Positions 9,832 through 20,010 of a stretch of DNA of 64,000 bases are shown here, piece after piece. Location of the stretch: positions 70,911-134,910 of the forward strand of contig JAYOYH010000006.1 in assembly GCA_038153405.1 (NCBI GenBank), in the 5' to 3' direction. A program made the translations under genes and the position numbers. Source of the stretch: Gemmatimonadota bacterium (GTDB lineage: Bacteria; Latescibacterota; UBA2968; UBA8231). The first letter of the stretch is position 1, and each line of letters opens with the position of its first letter. The notes under the pieces were generated by a model. The model was not told where the DNA came from and made no database searches. It saw only the letters and a list, made by a program, of their open reading frames with translations.

Positions 9832-10416
9832 TCACTTTTTCAGCCAGGGCAGCGAGCCCTCTACTACGCCTTTGCGCATATTGTTTAACCAGATCGGCCA
9901 AAACCAGCCGGTGTCGCTACCGGCCGGAAGCAGCGTCGGGTCGATCGGATATTTCTTGCCGCGCTCGATATCGGCGTTCAGATAGCTGGCAATCGCGGAA
10001 TAGGGTATCCAAGCGAAGGTGCTGCGCTCGTCAAAGGCGTCGCTTTCTTCCGGTGCCGGATTGTTCATCACGCGCTGTGCGGGAACGAAGTCAACCTGAG
10101 CAAAGTAGGTGGCATACGAGCCGTCCATCAGCGGCTTCTGTCCCTTGGCTTTGGCCTCTAAGTCGGTGCGAGCAAAATAACCGCGGGTTTCTTCGTGCGT
10201 CTTGTGCGCCGCCGTTTGCAGCATCGTCTCTCCCTCGCGGTCACCGCCGCCGAAAGCGGCCCAGCCGCGCTGGCTGCCGGCGTGTTCGGCCAGCAGCAGG
10301 TAGACTTCGCCGCCGGACTCGAAGTAAAGAACCATGCCGGCGGGCGACTCGGCCGTGGCCGAATCGCGTGCGAATAGAGCCATGCCGATGGCGAAGAGCA
10401 CGTGTTTTATGTTCAT
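9832..10416 (-). CDS. Exported NUDIX-family hydrolase (variant Nudix box)
   Basis: Start MNIKHVLFAIGMALFA (signal-like); WAAFGGGDREGETMLQTAAHKTHEETRG resembles G-x5-E-x7-REUxEExG. Confidence 0.7.
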   Translation of the reverse strand: MNIKHVLFAIGMALFARDSATAESPAGMVLYFESGGEVYLLLAEHAGSQRGWAAFGGGDREGETMLQTAAHKTHEETRGYFARTDLEAKAKGQKPLMDGSYATYFAQVDFVPAQRVMNNPAPEESDAFDERSTFAWIPYSAIASYLNADIERGKKYPIDPTLLPAGSDTGWFWPIWLNNMRKGVVEGSLPWLKK

Positions 10417-10474
10417 GAAAACCTCGCTGTTTGAAGTGGTCGTGGACGTGGAATGGAAAGCGGCGGTTGCGGGT

Positions 10475-11584
10475 CTAGGTCGCCGCTTCCGCGCTGGTCG
10501 ACTCGGCGTTTTCCAGCGGCGGGTTATAGCCCAGGCTGTAAAACTCGAGCAGGGCGACAAAGAGGGCCGCTAGCACGGGGCCAATGATAAAGCCCATCAT
10601 GCCAAAGACGCTCAGGCCGCCTAGAGTGGAGAAGAACACTAGCAGGTCGTGCATGCCGGTATCGCGTCCGACTAGGTAGGGGCGCAGTATATTGTCGACG
10701 CTGCTGATGATGAATGCCGTGATGAGCACGATGGCAATGCCCGACCAAAGGTTGCCGCTGAGCATTTCAAAGATGCCCGCCGGGTAGAGCACCATCCACG
10801 TTCCGACAAGTGGGATGATGGATAAGATGACCATGACGACGCCCCACAGTGCCGGAGAACTAAAGCCAAAGGCCCACAGGGTCAAACCGCCCAGCGTTCC
10901 CTGAATGAGGCCGATAAAGAGCGTGCCCTTTATCGTGGCGCGCGAGACCGAAGCAAAGCGTTCAATGAGGCCGCGTTCGTAGCGCGGGTCGAGGGGGCTC
11001 AACTCGTGCAGGCGGCGCAGCAGCAGCGGGCCGTCGCGAAAAAAGTAGAACATGGTGAAGAGCGTTATGAAGAAATTGGCCACCAACTGCAGCGTGCTGC
11101 GCGACGTCGTGTTGATAAAGCTGGTCGCCCAGCCGGCCGTCGTTTTGAGAGCCTCCTGTATGGATTGTTGCCAGTCGAGGTGGTTTAAGTTGAGGCGGCG
11201 CAGCAGCTCAAACTGGTCCAGCTTTTCTTGTAGGTTGATGCCGCTGCCGCCGCTGAGAAAACTCGTCGTCCACCGCCCAGCGGATTTGTATATGTTGAGG
11301 GATTCCTGCAGTACTAAATTGGTGACGACGTACGCGGGTACCAGTAAGCCCAGTAGGAGCGCAATACAGCAGATCAGGGCGCTGAGGCCGTCGCGACCGC
11401 GCGTCCAGTGCCGCAGCTTGGCGTAGAGGGGATAGAATAGGCCGGCAAAGGTGGCGGCCAATACCACGGGGACCAGAAAGAGCTTTGTCATCTCAAAGAG
11501 CACCACGCCGGTGCCCACCAGCAGTGCGAGCAGAAAATAGCCTCTGGTTTTTTGCGAATTCCTGTCGGGGACGTGCGTGCTCAC
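10475..11584 (-). CDS. AI-2E family transporter (UPF0118)
   Basis: Multi-TM; IIPLVG, VDNILRPYLVG, STLGGLSVFGMMGFIIGPV. Confidence 0.9.
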   Translation of the reverse strand: MSTHVPDRNSQKTRGYFLLALLVGTGVVLFEMTKLFLVPVVLAATFAGLFYPLYAKLRHWTRGRDGLSALICCIALLLGLLVPAYVVTNLVLQESLNIYKSAGRWTTSFLSGGSGINLQEKLDQFELLRRLNLNHLDWQQSIQEALKTTAGWATSFINTTSRSTLQLVANFFITLFTMFYFFRDGPLLLRRLHELSPLDPRYERGLIERFASVSRATIKGTLFIGLIQGTLGGLTLWAFGFSSPALWGVVMVILSIIPLVGTWMVLYPAGIFEMLSGNLWSGIAIVLITAFIISSVDNILRPYLVGRDTGMHDLLVFFSTLGGLSVFGMMGFIIGPVLAALFVALLEFYSLGYNPPLENAESTSAEAAT

Positions 11585-11731
11585 GATAAGCCGTTTGGGT
11601 TAGACCTGCTCTTGCCGCGCCGATTTAGCGCGGTGGCCTTGAGGTCTACATCTGTAGTTTAGTCCTCGCGGTGCATGATGGCAATGCCGGCCGGTCTCCG
11701 TTGGAGATGTCTGGGCCGCTGTGCGGTTCCC

Positions 11732-12325
11732 TCATATGGCCATTGCCGCCACCTGTGCAACAATATGCTTGAGGACATCCATGGGGCCTTGGCCGGCGTC
11801 GACGGTGAAGATGAGGTCGCTAGAATAGTATTCGAGGACGGGTGCGGTTTCGCGCTCGTACTCGTCAAAGCGCCGGCGAATAACCGCTTCGTTGGTGTCG
11901 TCGAGTCTGTTGTCGTGTAGCGCGCGCCGGTTAAGGCGGGCTATCATCGTTTCCTGGTCGTGCGTCTCCAAATGGATGAGTCGTTTGACATTGATGTATG
12001 CGCGCATGAGCTCGGCCTGCGCGACGTTGCGCGGAATGCCGTCGAGGACTAGCACTTCGCGCTCCGGCGAAAAATCACCGGCGTCGACTAGGCGACGCGC
12101 GTGCGCCTGCCAGAGTCGCACTGTCAGGTCGTCGGGCACCAACTGCCCGTGGCTGGAATACTGCAAAAACGTGCGTCCCAGTTCGCTTTCCGGGCGCAAA
12201 GCTCGAAATACATCGCCGCAGGACAGGTGAAAAAATCCCGGCACCTGGCCGAGTATTTTGCCCTGTGTGCCCTTGCCCGAACCGGGGGCGCCGAAGAGTA
12301 AGATGGTGCGAAATCGGGTATCCAT
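11732..12325 (-). CDS. adk: Adenylate/nucleoside monophosphate kinase (short LID)
   Basis: LLFGAPGSGKGTQ, GQLVPDD, LVLDGIPR, RLDD. Confidence 0.88.
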   Translation of the reverse strand: MDTRFRTILLFGAPGSGKGTQGKILGQVPGFFHLSCGDVFRALRPESELGRTFLQYSSHGQLVPDDLTVRLWQAHARRLVDAGDFSPEREVLVLDGIPRNVAQAELMRAYINVKRLIHLETHDQETMIARLNRRALHDNRLDDTNEAVIRRRFDEYERETAPVLEYYSSDLIFTVDAGQGPMDVLKHIVAQVAAMAI

Positions 12326-12725
12326 ATGCGTCCTGTGCCCAAGGTGGAAGGCCCTAACTTAGGCATTTTGCGCCGTCGTGGGAACAGGCGCTGCGATAGG
12401 GAAACTCTTTGGAGCCGGTAGTCGGCGGCGGTCCCATGCGATCGGCTGCAGGCCAAGCCAGCGTATGGCGGCACACCGTCGACCGGGTGTCTGATTGTCG
12501 GCGGTGCGTTGTCCTTGGCTGGGATAAAGGCGATTATGGGGTTTTCAGGAAGGGCATGCATTCATTTATTATGTGGGTCGCGGTGCCAACCCCAATGGGA
12601 CGAAGAATCTCGCTTTTTGCGCAATTATGCACTATGCTTGGGTAGTTGGCGACTGCGCAGTACTGTGTAGGTCAAGATTTGGCGCGCCGAGCGCCGGTTG
12701 TGGTAGTAGGTAAAAAAGGAGAGAC

Positions 12726-14144
12726 ATGGAATATCCGCAGATCATACAGGGCGGCATGGGTATCGGCGTGTCGAATTGGAACCTGGCTAAGCACGTTTCG
12801 CAACAGGGACAGTTGGGCGTTGTCTCGGGTACCTCGCTCGACAATGTATGCGCTCGACGCCTGCAGCAGGGTGACCCCGGAGGAAACGTGCGCCGTGCTA
12901 TGCAGCACTTTCCCTTTCCAGACGTTGCCCAGCGCGTCTTGGATCGCTACTACATCGAGGGGGGTAAGGATGCGGATAAGCCATTTGCCATCGTGCCCAT
13001 GTTTACGGTAGAACCAGACCCCGCGCTGGTCGAATTGACGGTCGTGGCCAACTTCGTCGAGGTCTTTCTCGCCGGCGAAGGGCATGATGGTCAGGTGGGA
13101 ATCAACTACCTTGAGAAAATCCAGATGCCCAATGTCGTGTCGATTTTTGGTGCGATGCTGGCTGGGGTTGACTACGTCATAATGGGAGCGGGTATCCCGC
13201 GCGAAATTCCCGGTGTGTTGGACGCGCTGGCGCGCGGCGATGAGGCGCAACTCAAGCTCTCGGTCGACGGGCAGGGCGAAGACGTGTGGATGCGCTTTGA
13301 TCAGAGTGCATTTGGCATGAGAGCGGATGCACTCAAACGCCCTAAATTTCTCGCCATCATATCTTCTGTGACCCTTGGGCAGGCGCTGCTCAAGCGCGCC
13401 ACCGGAGAGATCAACGGCTTTGTTGTCGAACTGCCGGTGGCTGGCGGACACAACGCACCGCCGCGCGGCAAATTACAGTTGGACGAGGACGGCGAGCCGA
13501 TTTACGGCCCGCGCGACGAAGTCGATCTGGTGAAAATCGCCGAGTTGGGCAAGCCGTTTTGGGTTGCCGGCTCCTTTGCCTACCCGGGGCGGCTGCGCGA
13601 GGTGCTGGAAGTGGGTGGTCAGGGCATTCAGGTGGGCACGGCGTTCGCCTTCTGCGAAGAATCCGGCCTCGCCCCCGAGTTCCGCGCCGAAGCGCTGCGC
13701 CAGGTGCGCGCGGGCACGCTGGACGTGTTTACCGATCCCGTTGCTTCGCCGACGGGTTTCCCCTTCAAAGTGGTGCAGATGCCCGATACGCTAGCCGATC
13801 GCCAGTACTATGAAGACCGGCCACGCGTGTGCAATTTGGGTTATTTGCGCACGGTGTACCGACGCGAAGATGGCAGGATAGACTACCGCTGCGCCTCCGA
13901 ACCGGTGGCCAGTTATGTGAAAAAGGGTGGTTCCTGCGAAGATGCGGAGGGGCGCAAGTGTCTGTGCAATGCGCTAATGGCCAATATCGGCCTGCCGCAG
14001 CGCCGCCCCAGCGGCTATGTGGAAAAGCCACTATTTACGGCTGGAGACGATCTGCCTGCCGTCGTGCGCTTTCTCGGCAATGAGCGACAGAGCTATCACG
14101 CGTCCGACGTCATCCAATACCTCTTAGAACAAAACGCCGACTGA
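12726..14144 (+). CDS. Nitronate monooxygenase / 2-nitropropane dioxygenase-family flavoprotein
   Basis: PQIIQGGMGIGVS, VAGGHN, GIQVGTAF, SPTGFPF. Confidence 0.85.
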   Translation: MEYPQIIQGGMGIGVSNWNLAKHVSQQGQLGVVSGTSLDNVCARRLQQGDPGGNVRRAMQHFPFPDVAQRVLDRYYIEGGKDADKPFAIVPMFTVEPDPALVELTVVANFVEVFLAGEGHDGQVGINYLEKIQMPNVVSIFGAMLAGVDYVIMGAGIPREIPGVLDALARGDEAQLKLSVDGQGEDVWMRFDQSAFGMRADALKRPKFLAIISSVTLGQALLKRATGEINGFVVELPVAGGHNAPPRGKLQLDEDGEPIYGPRDEVDLVKIAELGKPFWVAGSFAYPGRLREVLEVGGQGIQVGTAFAFCEESGLAPEFRAEALRQVRAGTLDVFTDPVASPTGFPFKVVQMPDTLADRQYYEDRPRVCNLGYLRTVYRREDGRIDYRCASEPVASYVKKGGSCEDAEGRKCLCNALMANIGLPQRRPSGYVEKPLFTAGDDLPAVVRFLGNERQSYHASDVIQYLLEQNAD

Positions 14145-14160
14145 ACGCCGATTACCGCGC

Positions 14161-14196
14161 AAAAGAGCCCCGCACCGTTCGGTGCGGGGCTCTTTT
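14161..14196. terminator. Bidirectional rho-independent terminator
   Basis: AAAAGAGCCCCGCACC-GTTC-GGTGCGGGGCTCTTTT perfect hairpin between convergent genes. Confidence 0.9.
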
Positions 14197-14217
14197 ATTA
14201 TTGCGACAAGTAGCTGC

Positions 14218-14427
14218 TTATAGGGCTATGACGCCCTCGGCGGCCAAGCCCTTCTGGCCTTGGACGACGCTGAATTCCACTTTCTGTCCTTCGGACAGGG
14301 AGCGGAAACCCTCCGAGCGGATCGAGGAGTGGTGGACGAACACGTCGTCACCGCTCTCGCGCTGGATAAAGCCAAAGCCCTTGGCGTCGTTGAACCACTT
14401 GACGGTTCCGGTCTCGCGATCTGCCAT
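14218..14427 (-). CDS. Cold-shock protein (CspA family)
   Basis: [15 protein letters not shown] (RNP1), DVFVHHS (RNP2). Confidence 0.97.
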   Translation of the reverse strand: MADRETGTVKWFNDAKGFGFIQRESGDDVFVHHSSIRSEGFRSLSEGQKVEFSVVQGQKGLAAEGVIAL

Positions 14428-14885
14428 GGTAATTTTCCTTTCGACAGGTTTACGTGAGCTCAGAGCGTTTCGAACAGGAGAGAACGGCTGCTTCGGGCTT
14501 TACTGTAGGGAGCTACTTCGTAGGATTACTTCGGGAGTAAACTACATTCGGTAGGATACTACATTTGGGCCAGGCAGGAATCTACTGAATCCGAACGACT
14601 CTACCACGGTTTAAGCTTCTGCACGCATTGCAGAGGCATGTTACCTGCTAATATCATAAAAAACCATCCCCATAGCAAGCAATATCGAAAATTAGTGCGG
14701 AGACGGTCTGGTAGACGATGGTCCGGCAGATGCCGAAGTGCGCCACGCCTGCCGCAAGGGCAAGGGATATCATGCGTGACTGCCACAGCCCATTGAGACA
14801 TAAACATCTCGCTCACGACGGCCTGACGCGGGTCCTTCACGGCATTACGCAAACAATAAACGGCTGTTATTGACCAATCGGTGGG

Positions 14886-14901
14886 TGGCATTGCGTTTGC
14901 T
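14886..14901 (+). promoter_or_regulatory. Putative sigma54 -24/-12 promoter of the USP-PFOR-DHOD-like operon
   Basis: TGGCAT-TGCGT-TTGCT, about 45 bp upstream of ATG 14945. Confidence 0.7.
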
Positions 14902-14944
14902 ATCTACTCGGTGTTCGCAGCGCACTTATCTGAGGAGGCATTCC

Positions 14945-15406
14945 ATGATTCACGCGAAGAAGATTCTCATACCGACGGATCTGTCCGAGGAAGCGCGCCA
15001 CGTATTACCCTACGCCGTCGAATTTGCTCGTTCGTATGGGGCGAAGATTATACTGGTACACGTCGTCGATGCGCGTTGGGTTGGGCCAGTGGCCAGCGCG
15101 GAGTTCCCCGGGATGGTGGAAGACCAAATCGATAGCAGCAAGACGGCCGCCACACAGGTCATGGAGGAGATGCGCATCGAACTGGGCGACTTGGAGGTCG
15201 AGACGCAGGTGCTGATCGGGTCGCCGCACGTGGAGATCGTGCGCTATGCGCGCAGCGAAGACGTCGACTTAATCATTCTGGCCACGCACGGAAGAACGGG
15301 CTTGGCGCACGCGCTAATCGGCAGCGTCGCCGAGAAAGTTGTGCAAATGGCACCGTGCCCAGTGCTGACGCTCAAGCATCCGGAACACGAATTTGAGCTG
15401 TCCTAA
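14945..15406 (+). CDS. Universal stress protein (UspA family)
   Basis: KKILIPTDLS, DLIILATHGRTG..LIGSVAEKVV..APCPVL; GAGGAGG RBS. Confidence 0.95.
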   Translation: MIHAKKILIPTDLSEEARHVLPYAVEFARSYGAKIILVHVVDARWVGPVASAEFPGMVEDQIDSSKTAATQVMEEMRIELGDLEVETQVLIGSPHVEIVRYARSEDVDLIILATHGRTGLAHALIGSVAEKVVQMAPCPVLTLKHPEHEFELS

Positions 15407-15427
15407 AATAGCTCGGGAGGGGAACTC

Positions 15428-18400
15428 ATGCAGCGCAAGATGATTGCGGTAGACGGCAATGAGGCCGCGGCCTATGTCGCACATAAGGCGAGTGAAGTGA
15501 TCGCCATTTATCCGATAACTCCCTCTTCGCCTATGGGGGAACTGGCCGATGCGTGGTCGTCGTCTGGCCGGACCAATATCTGGGGGCAGGTGCCAACAGT
15601 CATCGAGATGCAAAGCGAGGGCGGCGCCGCCGGTGCGCTGCACGGTGCGCTGCAGGCCGGCGCGCTGGCGACGACCTTTACCGCCTCACAGGGTCTGCTG
15701 CTGATGATTCCCAATATGTATAAGATCGCCGGTGAATTGACGCCCTTTGCCATGCACGTGGCCGCTCGTTCGTTGGCTGCGCAGGGCTTGTCGATTTTCT
15801 GCGATCACAGCGATGTCATGGCGGTGCGCCAGACGGGGTTTGCTATGCTCGCTTCGTCCTCGGTCCAGGAGGCTATGGACATGGCGCTCATCGCCCATGC
15901 AGCAGCGCTCGAAGCGCGCCTGCCTTTCCTGCATTTTTTTGACGGCTTTCGCACCTCGCACGAGGTGGCTAAGATCGAGGCGCTGTCCGATGAGGATATA
16001 CGCGCGCTGATCGATGACGAGTGGGTGCGCGCACATCGCGCGCGCGCGCTGAGTCCCGACCATCCAATGATGCACGGCACGGCGCAAAACCCGGATATCT
16101 ACTTTCAGGGACGCGAAACGGTCAACCCGTTTTACGAACGGGTGCCGGCTGTCGTCCAACGCCTCCTCGATCGGTTGGGCCAGCGCGTCGGCCGTCGTTA
16201 CCGGCTGTTCGAATACGCTGGTGCAGCCGACGCCGAGCGCGTTATTGTGCTGATGGGTTCCGGTTCCGAGGCCGCACTTGAAACGGTTGAGGCAATGCGA
16301 GCTGCCGGGGAAAAAGTAGGCGTGCTACGCGTACGCCTCTATCGCCCCTTTTCCGCCGAGCACTTTCTGCAGGCCCTCCCCGCCAGCGTGAAACGCCTCG
16401 CCGTGCTCGATCGAACAAAAGAGCCCGGTTCGCTCGGCGAGCCGCTGATGCTCGACGTGCTAGCCGCGGTCGACGTGGGCGACCGTGCGCTGCAGGTGTG
16501 CGGCGGCCGCTATGGATTGGGATCCAAGGAGTTTACTCCTGCCATGGTCAAAGGGGTGTTCGATGAATTGGCCAAAAGCGCGCCGCGCAAGCGCTTTACC
16601 GTTGGCATCGACGACGATGTGTGCGGCACCAGCATCGAATACGACCCCTCGTTTAGCACGGAGAAAAGATCGGTGATGCGCGCCGTGTTTTACGGGTTGG
16701 GATCAGACGGCACGGTCGGAGCCAACAAGAACTCGATCAAGATCATCGGCGAAGAGACGGATAATTTCGCACAGGGCTACTTTGAATACGATTCGAAAAA
16801 ATCAGGGGCGATGACGATTTCGCACCTGCGCTTTGGTCTCGAACCTATCCACTCGACCTACCTAATCGAACGGGCTAATTTTGTCGCCTGTCATCAGGCC
16901 GTATTTCTCGACCGCTTTGACGTGCTGGAAAAGGCCGAAGAAGGGGCGACATTCCTGCTCAATACGGCGGCGCAACGGGACGAGGTGTGGGACAGCCTGC
17001 CCCGTATAGCGCAGGAGCGCATTATTCAGCGCAAGATCAAACTCTATGCCATCGACGCGCACGCGGTGGCCAGCCAGGCGGGTATGGGCGGGCGGATAAA
17101 TACGGTCATGCAGACCTGTTTCTTTGCCCTTGCGGGCGTTTTGCCGCGCGACAGGGCGATTGCTTCGATCAAAGATGCCATCGGCAAGACATACGGCAAG
17201 CGCGGCGAGGAAATCGTCGTGCGCAACTGCGCGGCCGTGGACCGCGCGCTGGAAAATCTGCACTGCATCAAAGTGCCCGCGCAGGTGACCAGCAAGATCG
17301 AATTGGAAAGGATTGTCCCAGACAGCGCGCCCGATTTTGTGCGCGAGGTAACGTCGGTCATGATGGAGCGCCGGGGGGATTCGTTGCCTGTGAGCCTGAT
17401 ACCGATCGACGGCGCGTTTCCAACGGATACGGCCCGCTGGGAGCGGCGCAATATAGCCCAAGAAATACCGGTATGGGATTCCGATACGTGCATTCAGTGC
17501 AATAAGTGTGCGCTGGTCTGTCCGCACGGTGCCATCCGCGCCAAGATCGTGGAAGAGAGCGATCTTGTCGGTGCGCCGGCGGGGTTTATGACGGTGCCCC
17601 TGCGCGGTCGCGGTTTCCCCGATGGCGCCCATTACGCTCTGCAGGTAGCGCCTGAGGACTGCACCGGCTGTGCACTGTGCGTAGAAGTGTGTCCGGCCAA
17701 GAATCGGCAGGAATCGCGTCTCAAGGCGATTAATATGCAGGACCAGACCGCGCTGCGCGAAGGCGAGCGGGCCAACTGGACGTTCTTCCGCGCGCTGCCG
17801 GAATACGACCGCCGCAAACTCAAAGTAGGGCAGGTCAAGGAGTCGCAGTTCCTGCAGCCGCTCTTCGAGTTTTCTGGCGCCTGCTCAGGCTGCGGCGAGA
17901 CGCCCTACGTCAAGCTGATCAGCCAGCTCTTTGGCGATCGCTCGGTTGTGGCCAATGCCACCGGATGCTCGTCGATTTACGGCGGCAATCTGCCGACGAC
18001 GCCGTGGGCCAAAGACGCGGCCGGGCGCGGCACTGCCTGGTCGAATTCGCTCTTTGAAGACAATGCCGAATTTGGGTTGGGCATGCGCTTGGCCATCGAT
18101 AGCCACAAGGCACGGGCCATTGCATTGCTCCACGACGTTGGGGAGTGCATTGGCGCACAGCGGATCGAAGCGCTTATCGGCGCCGACCAGAGCGACGAGG
18201 CGGGCATCTACGCACAGCGACAGCGTGTGGCCGATCTAAAGGCGATGTTGGCCGAGGTGCCGGGTGATTCGGCAAGGCAATTGATCGAATTAGCCGACTA
18301 TTTGGTGAAGAAAGATGTGTGGATTATGGGCGGCGACGGCTGGGCCTACGACATTGGCTTTGGTGGACTCGATCACGTTCTCGCATCGGGTGCCGACGTC

Positions 18401-18961
18401 AATGTTTTAGTAATGGACACGGAAGTATACTCCAATACCGGCGGACAGATGTCCAAGGCGACGCCGCGCGCCGCAGTGGCCAAATTTGCCGCCGGCGGCA
18501 AGCGCGAGCGCAAAAAAGATTTGGCGCGCTTTGCCATGGGCTACGGCAACGTATACGTCGCCAGCATCGCCATGGGCGCTTCCGACGCACAGGCCGTACG
18601 CGCGATCGTCGAAGCCGAAGCCTATGTCGGTCCCTCGCTGGTCATCGCCTATTCGCACTGCATTGCGCACGGCATCAATATGCGATTGGGGATGGAGCAG
18701 CAGAAGGCCGCCGTCGACTCGGCCTACTGGCCGCTGTTCCGCTACCATCCGGCGCGGGGGTTTTCTCTGGACTCGAAAGAAGCGAAGATTCCATTCAAGG
18801 AGTATGCAATGAAAGAGGCGCGCTATGCCATGCTGGCGCGCGGCAAACCACAGGAGGCCGAGCAGCAGCTGCGCCGGGCCCAGCAGGACGTCGATGAGCG
18901 CTGGGCGTACTACAGTCAGTTGGTCGAGTCCAATGACTTGGGGCAGCAGGCGGCAGGTTGA
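15428..18961 (+). CDS. nifJ: Pyruvate:ferredoxin (flavodoxin) oxidoreductase, single-chain
   Basis: YPITPS, EMQSEGGAAG, two 4Fe-4S motifs (CIQCNKCALVCP, CTGCALCVEVCP), GGDGWAYDIG TPP motif. Confidence 0.97.
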   Translation: MQRKMIAVDGNEAAAYVAHKASEVIAIYPITPSSPMGELADAWSSSGRTNIWGQVPTVIEMQSEGGAAGALHGALQAGALATTFTASQGLLLMIPNMYKIAGELTPFAMHVAARSLAAQGLSIFCDHSDVMAVRQTGFAMLASSSVQEAMDMALIAHAAALEARLPFLHFFDGFRTSHEVAKIEALSDEDIRALIDDEWVRAHRARALSPDHPMMHGTAQNPDIYFQGRETVNPFYERVPAVVQRLLDRLGQRVGRRYRLFEYAGAADAERVIVLMGSGSEAALETVEAMRAAGEKVGVLRVRLYRPFSAEHFLQALPASVKRLAVLDRTKEPGSLGEPLMLDVLAAVDVGDRALQVCGGRYGLGSKEFTPAMVKGVFDELAKSAPRKRFTVGIDDDVCGTSIEYDPSFSTEKRSVMRAVFYGLGSDGTVGANKNSIKIIGEETDNFAQGYFEYDSKKSGAMTISHLRFGLEPIHSTYLIERANFVACHQAVFLDRFDVLEKAEEGATFLLNTAAQRDEVWDSLPRIAQERIIQRKIKLYAIDAHAVASQAGMGGRINTVMQTCFFALAGVLPRDRAIASIKDAIGKTYGKRGEEIVVRNCAAVDRALENLHCIKVPAQVTSKIELERIVPDSAPDFVREVTSVMMERRGDSLPVSLIPIDGAFPTDTARWERRNIAQEIPVWDSDTCIQCNKCALVCPHGAIRAKIVEESDLVGAPAGFMTVPLRGRGFPDGAHYALQVAPEDCTGCALCVEVCPAKNRQESRLKAINMQDQTALREGERANWTFFRALPEYDRRKLKVGQVKESQFLQPLFEFSGACSGCGETPYVKLISQLFGDRSVVANATGCSSIYGGNLPTTPWAKDAAGRGTAWSNSLFEDNAEFGLGMRLAIDSHKARAIALLHDVGECIGAQRIEALIGADQSDEAGIYAQRQRVADLKAMLAEVPGDSARQLIELADYLVKKDVWIMGGDGWAYDIGFGGLDHVLASGADVNVLVMDTEVYSNTGGQMSKATPRAAVAKFAAGGKRERKKDLARFAMGYGNVYVASIAMGASDAQAVRAIVEAEAYVGPSLVIAYSHCIAHGINMRLGMEQQKAAVDSAYWPLFRYHPARGFSLDSKEAKIPFKEYAMKEARYAMLARGKPQEAEQQLRRAQQDVDERWAYYSQLVESNDLGQQAAG

Positions 18962-18971
18962 GGAGGCGATA

Positions 18972-19961
18972 ATGGACCTGAGAGCGAATTACATGGGCTT
19001 AGAGTTGAAAAATCCGCTGGTAGTGTCGGCTTGTCCGCTATCGCGCGACGTGGACAATGTGCGGCGGATGGAAGATGCCGGTGCCGCAGCCGTGGTGATG
19101 TTCTCTCTATTTGAAGAGGAGATTCGCCACGAGATGCTGGAACTGGATCACTTTCTCGACTACGGCACGCACAGTTTTGCCGAAGCGCTGGACTACTTTC
19201 CCGAGCACGAGCAGTACGACGTTGGTCCACACGCTTATTTGGAGCACGTGCGGGCGCTGCGCGCTGCAGTAGACATTCCCATCATAGGCAGTCTGAACGG
19301 CGTGGCAGTTGGAGGCTGGGTAGAATATGCGCGCTTAATAGAGGACGCCGGGGCCGATGCGCTGGAATTAAATATCTACCACATTCCTACCGAAATTGAA
19401 CAGTGCGGTGAAGACATCGAACAACTGCATCTGGATATACTGCGCTCCGTTAAAGATTGCCTAAATATTCCCATCGCGGTGAAGCTGAGTCCATTTTTTA
19501 GCTCGATGGCCCATATGGCACGCCAGTTCGACTGGGCCGGGGCCGATGCGCTCGTTCTGTTCAACCGCTTTTACCAGCCCGATATCGACCTCGATTCGCT
19601 CGAAGTCGTGCCGAGCGTCAAACTCAGCACCTCGCATTCGATGCGTCTGCCGCTGCGTTGGATTGCTATTTTGAGCGGTCGCGTGCGCTGCGACTTGGCT
19701 GCTAGCAGCGGCATTCACTCGGCGCGCGATGTGCTCAAAATGGTGATGGCTGGCGCCGACGTGGCGATGATGGCTTCGGCACTATTGCGCAATGGTATCG
19801 ATCATATCGCCCACGTATTGGGCGATATGAGGACGTGGATGGAGGAAAGGGAGTACGCATCGCTGGGCCAGATACGGGGTAGTATGAGCCACGCCAAATA
19901 CGCCGACCCAACGGCATTTGAACGGGCCAATTACATCAAGGCGCTCAACACCTACGCGTGA
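18972..19961 (+). CDS. Dihydroorotate dehydrogenase-like FMN protein (PFOR-associated type)
   Basis: YMGLELKNPLVVSA, GADALELNIY, PIAVKLSP, LVLFNRFYQPD; AGGAGG RBS right after the nifJ stop. Confidence 0.88.
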   Translation: MDLRANYMGLELKNPLVVSACPLSRDVDNVRRMEDAGAAAVVMFSLFEEEIRHEMLELDHFLDYGTHSFAEALDYFPEHEQYDVGPHAYLEHVRALRAAVDIPIIGSLNGVAVGGWVEYARLIEDAGADALELNIYHIPTEIEQCGEDIEQLHLDILRSVKDCLNIPIAVKLSPFFSSMAHMARQFDWAGADALVLFNRFYQPDIDLDSLEVVPSVKLSTSHSMRLPLRWIAILSGRVRCDLAASSGIHSARDVLKMVMAGADVAMMASALLRNGIDHIAHVLGDMRTWMEEREYASLGQIRGSMSHAKYADPTAFERANYIKALNTYA

Positions 19962-20010
19962 GCGCGGCTGCAGTCTGCAGGGCATAGCGTGGCCAGCCTC
20001 GTGCCGTGTG

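Noticed and set aside
12680..12694. Fifth sigma54 box upstream of the nitronate monooxygenase-like gene (TGGCGC-N5-GCGC)
   Set aside because: It keeps GG-N10-GC but lacks the TT of the -12 element, so it is likely by chance in GC-rich DNA.
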